From: Massalongia carnosa
Taxonomy: Eukaryota
Assembly: GCA_965645245.1 (NCBI GenBank)
Contig: OZ287086.1
Location: 1,054,001 to 1,118,000, forward strand
Reading direction: 5' to 3'
DNA length: 64,000 bases
Shown: piece by piece, positions 22,030 through 31,741 of the stretch
How positions within the stretch are numbered: position 1 is the stretch's first letter
Layout: every line of letters starts with the position of its first letter
Translations under genes and position numbers: made by a program
Notes under the pieces: model-generated
Seen by the model: the letters and a program-made list of their open reading frames with translations, nothing else
Told to the model about the DNA's origin: nothing
Database searches by the model: none

Positions 22030-22545
22030 GATACGAAGTAGAACGCTCATATACCAAAGGCTACGAGGCAAACGCTCACATACCAGACGGCTACGAGGCG
22101 AAGACGCTCATACGAAGCAGAACGCTCACATACCGAAGGCTACGAGGCGGAGAACTTGCTCATATACCAAAGGTTACGAAGCGAAGACGCTCACATACCA
22201 GACGGCTACGAGGCGAAGACGCTCATACGAAGCAGAACGCTCACATACCGAAGGCTACGAGGCGGAGAACTTGCTCATATACCAAAGGTTACGAAGCGAA
22301 GATGCTCACATACCAGACGGCTACGAGGCGAAGACGCTCATACGAAGCAGAACGCTCACATACCGAAGGCTACGAGGCGGAGAACTTGCTCATATACCAA
22401 AGGTTACGAAGCGAAGACGCTCACATACCAGACGGCTACGAGGCGAAGACGCTCATACGAAGCAGAACGCTCACATACCGAAGGCTACGAGGCGGAGAAC
22501 TTGCTCATATACCAAAGGTTACGAAGCGAAGACGCTCGCATACCA
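22030..22545 (+). repeat. 115-bp tandem repeat (~4 units, with shorter subrepeats) in Copia 5' leader
   Basis: gcagaacgctcacatacc recurs at 22117, 22232, 22347 and 22462. Confidence 0.9.
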
Positions 22546-22617
22546 CAACAGCTACAAGGCAACCCACCTTCCTACAACCCAAAGGCGTTGAGAACTCTTC
22601 GCCCAAAAAACCACAAA

Positions 22618-23574
22618 ATGTCAGACCGACGAGAAGAGCAGGAGAAGGCTCCCCGCATCATTCTCCAAGGCTCCGAGAACTATACATTATGGCGATCCTA
22701 CATTCTGGGAGAGCTCAAGCAGAAGAACTGCGCCTGGGCAGTCACCGGAAAGCCAGAGCCAACGAAGGAGTCCGTCAGATCGGACATCATAGCCATGGGC
22801 TTCAAACCCACCGAAATGACGGCCCAAGCACTCTGGACTGCCCTCTCCACCGAAATTAAAGAGCACCGAGCCTCCCTGAGCAAAGCGGAGGGCATCATCA
22901 AAAACTCCGTAGCCTCCAAACACCAAGCAGCTATCGAGGGCAAAGAAGCCAAGGAAATGTGGGAAAGCCTACAAACGAAATTTCAGCACATCTCTCCAAT
23001 GAGCATCTCGCGACTCATCCTGGAGACCACCAAATTACGACTATCGGACTGCACAGACATTCACGAATATTGCAGCAAATACCAAGAGGCCTACGACACT
23101 GTGTGCGGCCTCATTCCCACAGATTCCGAGATCCCCGCAAAAGGAGCCGAGGTACTCCTGCAGGCAGGACTGCTCACTGGGATGGGAAACGAATACTCGG
23201 GGATCGTCTCTATGATGGAGACAGAGTGGAAAATGGGGAACACAAACATCGCCGAGAGCACTAAAAAGCTTATCCGGTTTGCAGAAATCAGGAAAGAGAA
23301 CGACCAAACTCCAGGACATTCCGGCACACCCAAACAATCGGCACTCTTCACCTCCAAACCACCAAAGCCTAGTAATCGAGCACCCCCGGGGACCTGCACA
23401 AACTCAGATTGCATCAAGAAGGGAAATACACAGCACTACACAGACCGTTGTTTCCTGAGATACCCCGAACTTCGGCCAAAACACTCGCTGCATCAGATGA
23501 GAACAAAAGGCTCTAGGCAAAACCTCCAAAGCCAGACAGAGAGCCCTTCCGAGACCCCGTCCCGCGAAAGTTGA
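22618..23574 (+). CDS. gag: Copia Gag
   Basis: First ATG after the repeat array (MSDRREEQ); LQGSENYTLW and AKEMWESL Copia gag motifs; CTNSDC..H...C knuckle-like motif. Confidence 0.85.
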   Translation: MSDRREEQEKAPRIILQGSENYTLWRSYILGELKQKNCAWAVTGKPEPTKESVRSDIIAMGFKPTEMTAQALWTALSTEIKEHRASLSKAEGIIKNSVASKHQAAIEGKEAKEMWESLQTKFQHISPMSISRLILETTKLRLSDCTDIHEYCSKYQEAYDTVCGLIPTDSEIPAKGAEVLLQAGLLTGMGNEYSGIVSMMETEWKMGNTNIAESTKKLIRFAEIRKENDQTPGHSGTPKQSALFTSKPPKPSNRAPPGTCTNSDCIKKGNTQHYTDRCFLRYPELRPKHSLHQMRTKGSRQNLQSQTESPSETPSRES

Positions 23575-26500
23575 CAACCAAAGGTGCTAGCGGTCAAAGG
23601 GCCGAGAGACGCTTCCTGGCTGGTTGACAGCGCGGCGGACGTGCACGTGTGCAATGATCGAAGCTTGATGACTGAGTACCACGAAAAGCCTACCCGGATC
23701 GGAGGCTCAACTGCAGATGGGGTTTCACCAGGCCGTGGAAAGGTGCGCCTTCGCCTCAGCCTGAAAGACGGTCGCGAAGGAGTGATCCTGAACCTGAACA
23801 ACGTGTTTTTCCTTCCCCACAGTCCTTCTAATCTTGTCAGCCTCGGCCTTCTTAACATTCATGGAATTTTCTATGATAATGAGAACGAGACACTCTATGA
23901 TAGAAGAACAAAGGAAACCCTGGCTTACGCCGAAAGGTGGAGGACCAGCTTCCTTCTTCACCCTCTCAACCTCTCTGTCTCTGCAACTCATCTAAAGCAG
24001 ATCGACGCCAACACGTACGAGTGGCCACCACACGCCTACAGGACCACCACCTCATCAAAACTACCTCTCACCACCTGGCACAAACGACTCGGCCACCTCA
24101 ACTTCCCCTCACTGAAGCAACATCTCCACAAACTGGAGATCGACTACTTGGACGACTCAGAAAAGTACGTGTGTGACAGCTGCCAACGTGCGAAAGCCAC
24201 AAAAATCTACAACCGCCACGAGCCTCAGAAACGAGCAAGCGAGTCGTACCAGTTTATACACACAGACCTAGTAGGTCCCATCAACCCTGTTGGTTTTGGA
24301 GGGGAGAGATACTTCTTCACATTTACGGATGACTTCACGCGATATACCGAAGTGCACACTGGTGCCCGGAAAAGCGATTGGTTCAAATGTCTTAAGACCT
24401 TCTACAACCTCTGCAAAACCAGGTCACACAAGGAGAGACCAGTCGAACGCCTACGTTCAGATTATGGATCAGAACTGCAAAGCAAAAGGGTAGAGGAATG
24501 GTTTGCGAAGAAGGGCATCACTTTTGAACCCTCAGCACCGTACTCTCAGGAACAAAACGGCGTGTCAGAACGAATGGGAAGAACCATCATGGATATGACA
24601 AGAGCGACAATCCTAGAGGGAAGCCTTGATGACGAGCTGTGGCCTGAAATTGTTCTTGCGATGACGTACGTCAAAAATGTTCGTCCCACGAAGGCTTTAG
24701 GTGGAGACAACCCCTACCATGCACAGCAGAAAATCCACCCAGATATCCAACACCTCCGAGTGTTAGGCTCGACAGTGTACGTTCTCCTACACGAAGAGGA
24801 ACGAGCCTTAAAGTCTGAGAAGTGGAACCCACGAGCCTTACGCGGTATTCTTGTTGGATACGATGGTCATACAATCTACAGAGTCCACATCCGAGAACAG
24901 AACAAAGTCATTCGCATCAAAGATCTCAGAATCTTTGAAGACTACGAGGCCAAGACGTCCACCGAGCTTCCTGAATACAAAAACACTCCCACCTTCTCAG
25001 GTTTCTTACTCTCCGATGACGATGACGAGGCGACGAGCGACACACAGATGTTGGATGTAGGCCGAAAGTTCAACAATGCAACAGGTGCCAGCGAGTCAAC
25101 TCCCAGTAAAGTAACCCCTAGGAAGGGCCGAAAGGTCACTACTAGAGATGAAACTACTGGAGCGTCAAATGAAACTACGGAGACAAGGAAGTCTCGGTCT
25201 GGCCGAACGATAAGGCCTACACAAAAGGCTCAAGATCAAGATCTGATAGTACATCTCAGCAAGCTGCTAGACCTTGACTGGGAACACAGCTCGGAGGAAA
25301 AAGCAAACGCGTTCCTGACAAACATCGAATGCGAGGAGGACGGCCATGACGCAGACGACGACCCATACACAATCTTGACTTCGAGGCTCATTCAGGCCAA
25401 CGCCCAAAGTAAAGGAGACTACGTCCTTGCCACCCAATTAGATGTCGAAGAACCTGAGTCATACAACAGGGCAATGCAATGCCCCCACGCCTCGCAGTGG
25501 GCACAGGCAATGAAAGAAGAAATAGACTCTCTACACGAAAACAAGACCTGGGTTCTCATACCAAAGAACGAGATGGAGTCAGGTCATCGACCTCTGGGGG
25601 GGAAGTGGGTGTACAAGGTCAAGCGTGATGTCGAAGGCAAAGTATCTAGATTCAAAGCCAGATGGGTTATCAAAGGGTACCTACAACAGTTTGGTGTTGA
25701 TTTCGATCAAACCTACGCATCCGTGGTGAAGCCAATGGCCTTCAGAACCCTGTTCGCCCTTGCCGCCTTCTTCGACCTGGACATCGACCAGATGGACGTA
25801 AAAACGGCTTTTCTCTATGGCCTCATTGATCAACTGATATATATGGAGATTCCAAAGGGAACTGAGACAGAAGCCACAAAGAATATGGTTTGCAAACTGT
25901 TGAAAGCTATCTACGGCCTCAAACAATCTCCTCGCCTCTGGTACGAACGCTTTTCAGCCTTCCTCCTCGAGAAAGTAGGCTTGAAACGCATCCACGCAGA
26001 CCACAGTATATTCGTATCGGGTGCAGGGCTGAAAGGTCCCGTACTCAGCGTCTTCGTAGATGACATCAAGATTATGGCGCCAAAGGACAGTGGGATAATC
26101 AAGCGAGTCAAAGCAGAACTCACAGCTGCATTCTCTATGTCAGATATGGGTCCCATCAGCTTTTACCTAGGACTGAGAATAGATCGGGATCGAAAGCAAC
26201 GAACCATCAAACTGTCTCAACCGGCCTACATCGAAAAAGTGTTGGAGAGATTCCATCTCGACAAAGCCAACCCCGTCAACACCCCGATGAAAGAATCTGT
26301 GCCACTCTCCCAACGCGAGGAAGGAGAAGCCTCACCACCAGAGAAGGAGAGATACCAAGGAATGACGGGGTCCATAATGTTCTCCATGGTAGAGACCAGA
26401 CCAGATATTGCCTTCGCCACGTCCCTCGTAAGTCCCTTTGCCAAGAACCCGAGCCATCAGCACACCGAAGCAGTCAAAACCATCCTCAAATACCTCAAGG

Positions 26501-27105
26501 GCTCGAAACATCGAGGCATAACCTATGGGGGGGATGAAGAACTGAAAATCGAAGGCTATTCGGACTCGGATTGGGCAGGTGACAAGGACAGCCGGAAGTC
26601 AACATCCGGTTTCATCTTTATGCTGAACGGGGGACCGATAAGCTGGTGCTCTAAAAGGCAATTAACAGTTGCTCTCTCTTCCACAGAAGCGGAATACATC
26701 GCACTCACGCTGGCCGCCAAAGAAGCCACCTGGCTTCGTCTACTCCTCACAGAGCTTGGGGTGTTGGAAGCGGACCAACAGCATGCTGAGATCAAGGTCT
26801 CCAACAAGAACTCGTGCGTACAAGCGATCGACAGAGACCTCAACAGCCTCAAGCCCAGCGACGGAGACCCCACTGTTTCACTCAAAGGTGACAACCAAGG
26901 ATCTCTTGCTCTGGCACACAACCCAGTATTCCATGCCAGGACCAAACACATCGATATCCAGCACCATTACATCCGAGACGAGGTGGAGGCAAAGAGAATC
27001 GAGTTGACCTACGTGCCAACTGGGGAGATGATCGCCGACGGCCTGACGAAGGCCCTAACGCACGCAAAGTTCCACACCTTTGTCGAACAGATGCAGATGA
27101 CCTAG
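23575..27105 (+). CDS. pol: Copia Pol (protease, integrase, RT, RNase H), in frame with gag
   Basis: WLVDSAA protease; WHKRLGH..CDSC; HTDL..SDYGSE..NGVSER integrase; QMDVKTAFL and FVDD RT; YSDSDWAG..TKHIDI RNase H. Confidence 0.95.
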   Translation, partial: QPKVLAVKGPRDASWLVDSAADVHVCNDRSLMTEYHEKPTRIGGSTADGVSPGRGKVRLRLSLKDGREGVILNLNNVFFLPHSPSNLVSLGLLNIHGIFYDNENETLYDRRTKETLAYAERWRTSFLLHPLNLSVSATHLKQIDANTYEWPPHAYRTTTSSKLPLTTWHKRLGHLNFPSLKQHLHKLEIDYLDDSEKYVCDSCQRAKATKIYNRHEPQKRASESYQFIHTDLVGPINPVGFGGERYFFTFTDDFTRYTEVHTGARKSDWFKCLKTFYNLCKTRSHKERPVERLRSDYGSELQSKRVEEWFAKKGITFEPSAPYSQEQNGVSERMGRTIMDMTRATILEGSLDDELWPEIVLAMTYVKNVRPTKALGGDNPYHAQQKIHPDIQHLRVLGSTVYVLLHEEERALKSEKWNPRALRGILVGYDGHTIYRVHIREQNKVIRIKDLRIFEDYEAKTSTELPEYKNTPTFSGFLLSDDDDEATSDTQMLDVGRKFNNATGASESTPSKVTPRKGRKVTTRDETTGASNETTETRKSRSGRTIRPTQKAQDQDLIVHLSKLLDLDWEHSSEEKANAFLTNIECEEDGHDADDDPYTILTSRLIQANAQSKGDYVLATQLDVEEPESYNRAMQCPHASQWAQAMKEEIDSLHENKTWVLIPKNEMESGHRPLGGKWVYKVKRDVEGKVSRFKARWVIKGYLQQFGVDFDQTYASVVKPMAFRTLFALAAFFDLDIDQMDVKTAFLYGLIDQLIYMEIPKGTETEATKNMVCKLLKAIYGLKQSPRLWYERFSAFLLEKVGLKRIHADHSIFVSGAGLKGPVLSVFVDDIKIMAPKDSGIIKRVKAELTAAFSMSDMGPISFYLGLRIDRDRKQRTIKLSQPAYIEKVLERFHLDKANPVNTPMKESVPLSQREEGEASPPEKERYQGMTGSIMFSMVETRPDIAFATSLVSPFAKNPSHQHTEAVKTILKYLKGSKHRGITYGGDEELKIEGYSDSDWAGDKDSRKSTSGFIFMLNGGPISWCSKRQLTVALSSTEAEYIALTLAAKEATWLRLLLTELGVLEADQQHAEIKVSNKNSCVQAIDRDLNSLKPSDGDPTVSLKGDNQGSLALAHNPVFHARTKHIDIQHHYIRDEVEAKRIELTYVPTGEMIADGLTKALTHAKFHTFVEQMQMT

Positions 27106-28788
27106 AGCCAAATCAGCACAGCCACACTACCTGGAGCCACAACCTACCAATGAACCGATGCAACCAACAGCTGCTGATTCTTCCAGAAAAAACGAGATAA
27201 AAATCGATTCGTTAGCGTGGGCGATTCTTACGTAACTAGCGCATAGCTTGTGGGGGGGTGTTGGATACCAACCTATGGCGCTAGACATTATTATGGTCAC
27301 GTGTAACAGTAGACCTATTCCGGTATGCGGCACGCATCCTGGACTAGGAGGATTTCAGACCTTAGAAGTAGAGTCATAGAATCATTAATATAACAACAAT
27401 GAATAACCTCATACTTCTACAGATATATTTGTGCGACAGTTCAAGTTCAAGGAGGATGACTCGACGTTTGCGAGCGTCATTCGGCTTATCTATGGTGACC
27501 TCAAGACATGGTCGAGAATGCAATCTGTCAAGGAATTACGTCGTGGGATATAGGAGCAATCTTTCGATCGGTTCGACTGGATTTTACCGGGATTAGGGTT
27601 ATGGCATCTTCGCTTTAACATGCTGCAGCTTATTCATAAAATACATTGGGGAGAGGCTCAGCCGGTTGATCCTTCGACTCTTCAATATGCCGCCGATCGG
27701 TGGGGTCGCGCTCGTGTCGTGCAGCCGAACGATTTCCAGGCCTTAGAGGATCTGATCATTCAGAGCTATCAAGCTAGAATCGTTGGGACGTGGATTAGGT
27801 TTTTACGAAAGGATGGATATGCTCCGCAGCGAACCGAAGCAACTATTTCGTGGCTCATAGCGCAGACTTGCGGGCAGGATGGCACTTGGATGAATATGTT
27901 GGGCAGGATATCTAGCAAACTTCACGCGGAATTACCCTCAACGTCAATAGATATGCTTCCTCCAACGCTTGATCAACAATTTCAGAATCATCAGAACTTC
28001 TGTGATCACGTTGAATCGTATCTAACACTTCGATACGCAATCAAATATGCGGATATTGGACTACTTCGTCACGCATTGCGCCACGCAACGGTGATCTTTC
28101 AGGCAAGCGTAGCTGGCACCCCGAAATATGCGCAAGCTCTTCTATACACCCTTCATGCGATTGATTCTTCCGCAGCGACTATAAGGCTACAGGAAAGTAT
28201 TTTAATGAATAGTCTTGTCAATTTACGCGGTGACGAAGAGTCGAGTTTTGAGACCGATCGGCTTTTAGAGTTACTAAACAATAACCTCAAGACGTTCCAA
28301 CACGAGCGATCTTATTTTTCAAATGGGCACTCAACGGTCCATATCTTATGAAGCTCAAAGAAATCGTTGAGTTTTACTTTGGAAGAGTCAACTCTTCAAG
28401 GCATCCAGCAAAATCGGCCGCGGAGGATGTGTGGGGCATGGCTACGGCACTAGCACATAAATCACTCTGTAAAAGAAGCTATGATCGATTTTCAACTAAT
28501 CCAACAGCTAATCTTTATGTTGAGGGATGGAAGAATCTTGGAGAAAATGTATTAAAATACAATCAGTAGTATCTTTCCGAAGAAATTTTAAAAGAAATTT
28601 CAACAGACGACCTTGAGGGTAAGTATGAAGCCGAGCCCGATTTTGTCAATGAAACAAAGCAGGTCCCCGACAGCCCTGTCATTTCAATGGCCCGTCTCGA
28701 GATATCCGGCGGTATGTTTTTTTGATTAAATCATCGATACCACGAGATAGCCTAGTCATGTACATCCGCGCCGCGCGGCTTTACAGAG

Positions 28789-31193
28789 TCAGAGGTAGCG
28801 GACGGGGCACTTTCTTTCTTGTCTAGATCGTGTCGGAGGAAGGGCCATGGGTACATTCAGCGACAACGCTTCCATAGGATCTCGAGGCGCTTTTTTGGTC
28901 TTTGATGCCTTCATCGATGATTTAAGAGCATCAACATTGTCAACAACGAGCGCCGCATCGGAGATATTGTGATCAGGCGCAGGATTCTCGCCCGATGGCT
29001 CCGTGCTCTCGCTTTCCTTCGAGACTTTCTTCTTGACCGCATTTCGCCTTTTAGAAACCTTTCTCGACATATATCCTTGTTTGATCATCCAGTTTTTCCT
29101 CCGTTCCTCAAATTCAATACTGGCGGAGTTGCATGTTAGGCTAGGTAATCGTTTTCGCTTTATGTCGTTGTGTCGTTTCCATTCCTCGAACATGTCTTCC
29201 CTCATCTAATCTCATCGCTTGACCCCGCTTTAAAATTTCTAAAAGCTCGGTGCCGTAGGGCCTAATACCAGCCCATGTGTTACCAATCCATCGCCGCATG
29301 GTGGGCTTGTCCACAATCTGATCCGCCCAAGTGGTCAAAGAATTCAGTACCTCATCGGGCATTATCAATGATGGGAAGTATCGCATATGTGAATTTGGGA
29401 ACTTTTCCTGCGCCTTGGCCTCCCTCCATTCTCGAAGTTTAAGGGTGAACCAAGGCCGCCTAGACGAGTCACGCTCGGCCGTTCTATTTAACATCTCATT
29501 GGCGGCTGTTGATGTCTGAAAACTTGGATCGCAAATTGAACAGCAAGGTTGCGGCTTAACATAGGCCGACGTTGGATACACTTTATCATTGAAGAAATTC
29601 AAGCCAATACCTCGAACGCAACCATCTGAAGGCACATTGATTATCTCCCAAAGACCCGGTGGCATATCTCGTCGCCGATCAGCATCCTTTTGATTGATGC
29701 AGCGTTTACTGGCCTTGGATTCAATCTCGATTCCCGTGTCATCAGATCCGTCCTGTTCGTCCATTTTTGATCCGCTTCTTGGACCTATGCACCAAGAAGG
29801 ATGCAAAAGAGTAAAATGCGCCTGTCGACCGCAACGCAAAGCACGACCTAAACGTTGATATAGCTTCGCCATTGACGAGGGTAGCAGCCATTGCGTAACT
29901 CTCATAACGTCTGGATTATCAATACCAAGCCCGTATGCTTCCGTTGCGATCAGGATTCGAGGAAATTTACATTGATTCGAGGGCATTTCGAAGCGAGCCG
30001 CAATCCTTTCTTTGTCTTGGGTGGCCATGTCGGAAAAGAAAGGCGCGACCCAACTAGCGGCCTCAATTGGATAGGACAATTGATTCATCCATACTTTCAT
30101 TAGCACACATTAGCACACACGCCTTTTTGATAGATGAAATTGAATCCATGAAGATAATCGTTTTCGGAATATCAAAAGGACTCTCAGCCCGTGTTGGTAA
30201 AAGATGTTGAAGATCTATCATGCTGTTCATAGGCCTCTGTAGACTGCTTGTCTGTATGTATATCTCTGGTCGATCAATTGCTGTTTGAATAACAGTACTT
30301 TCGTTATCAAAGCCACAGCGATCTTTAACGCTCTCTAGGGTTTTTGAATCCAGCGTTGCAGACGCACCCAGAAAAGCAATACCGTCTGGTAATCGTGTAC
30401 GAAGCATACCGAGATTGAAGTATTCGGGCCGGAAATCTCGCCATTCGGATAGAAGATGCATCTCATCAAGAGCTAAAAGACATAAATTCAAGAAGAAACT
30501 TGGATGCCTCAGAACCTCCTGATTAAACAGCTTTGACGTCGCTATCTCTGGGCTAGTAAAAACTTGTCAGGACTCGGGTGTGGGAGCGCTAAATCCAACG
30601 GCTCTTTCCGACCGAAGCTTCGGAGATAAGCTTCTAGAGCCGGATGGAAACTTCGAGAAGAAGGGCAAACGGGCATATAGATTTCACATTCTTCTTTGTA
30701 GATAGATTTCTCTTCTTCATGCTTAGTCTCTTAGGTAGCTGACTACTATTCGTCTTCCCTGGATAGTGGTTCTTACAAAACTATTCATATTAACGAGTAA
30801 GTTTTTATATTTACCTCAATCATAATTTGAATACACACCATGCGTATAATTGTTTTCACGAATTAACTTTAAATTAGAAGAATTATTACTATCACCGTCC
30901 AACACGAAAGGCTTGCATCCCTCGATAACGCTCAATTTCTTGCACTGTTGAGCTTCTAAGGTCTTGAGAGGCATGATAATTAAAACGATTTTAAGACAAG
31001 AGAACATTAATGGCATAGCTTGAAAGATAATACTCTTTCCAAATCCAGTCTTGGCGATAAATATCAGATCCTTTTGATCTTGTACCAAAGTCATGATAGC
31101 GTCAACTTGCTCATTCTTTGGTGAAAAGCCGAATTTACTTAAAATTACGGTCGTCACCTGCTCGCGAGTTATCGACGCTATAGGATCGTCCAT
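28789..31193 (-). pseudogene. RecQ-like SF2 helicase of the Academ-like element
   Basis: AKTGFGKS, FTSPE, LDEMH..WRDFRPEY, ASAT, DRPEI, ATEAYGLGID, QRLGRALR, CCSIC and an HRDC-like tail. One intron, a solo LTR insertion and two frameshifts. Confidence 0.88.
30565..30777. mobile_element. Solo LTR (213 bp)
   Basis: TGT...ACA ends with 5-bp TSD AAACT (30560-30564, 30778-30782); interrupts the helicase. Confidence 0.85.
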
Positions 31194-31741
31194 TTAGATG
31201 TGTTCGCGAGCGATATTCGACGATTCGCGAGTTGGATTCTTAGCCCGCAAAACGCAAATCAAGCAAGTTCATCACATTCAACGATTTTAGGCTTTCGAAA
31301 ACAACGCTCGGAGGATCAGATTAATGATTAGAAGCGCCGACAATGAAAAACTAGAGCTAGTGACCCGTTGAGTCTGCTGTGGTGGTGTCGAAATTTCGAG
31401 TCAAAGTCGAGTCCTCGTCGCGAGATCGATATTGCGACTCAATTCTGCATCGATATGTAATTAAAATATTGATTAATCGATAGAATGTATATCAAAACAT
31501 CATTTCTATTACTATATAATTTATGAAATGTCGTTGTGCGTTATTGATTCCGCCGTCAACTTGATTCTTGATAATTTTTTAGGTTAAGCCAAAAATTTGT
31601 ATGAGCGCGCACTAATATAAGCCGGATCTGACAAAAATATAGAGTTTTGCGCTCAGAAGTGCCGCCCGTAGCATGCGTAGTCAGCTAAAGGGCCGCTAAC
31701 CCGAAGGGGCTTAGCCGGCTCATAGAGCCACGCACGTCTGA

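Larger units (their letters stand above)
21611..27421 (+). mobile_element. Intact Ty1/Copia LTR retrotransposon
   Basis: 163-bp LTRs (21611-21773, 27259-27421), identical by eye; TSD GATAT; Copia-type PBS ggttatgagccc at 21774; G-rich PPT at 27252-27258; PR-IN-RT-RH domain order. Confidence 0.97.
20260..28569 (+). pseudogene. Academ-like (DUF6589-type) DDE transposase, frameshifted and split by Copia
   Basis: Motifs LTYDNFD, LIYGDLKT, PGLGLWHLRFNML, AIKYADIG, FETDRLLELLNNNLK in successive broken frames; the reading resumes after 27426. Confidence 0.75.

Noticed and set aside
22007..22859. 194-aa and 185-aa ORFs in the Copia leader
   Set aside because: Products of the 115-bp repeat; no ATG start and no domain.
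28789..31193. Host RecQ/Sgs1 gene
   Set aside because: Short, lies between TIRs opposite a transposase, and is disrupted; better explained as TE-encoded.
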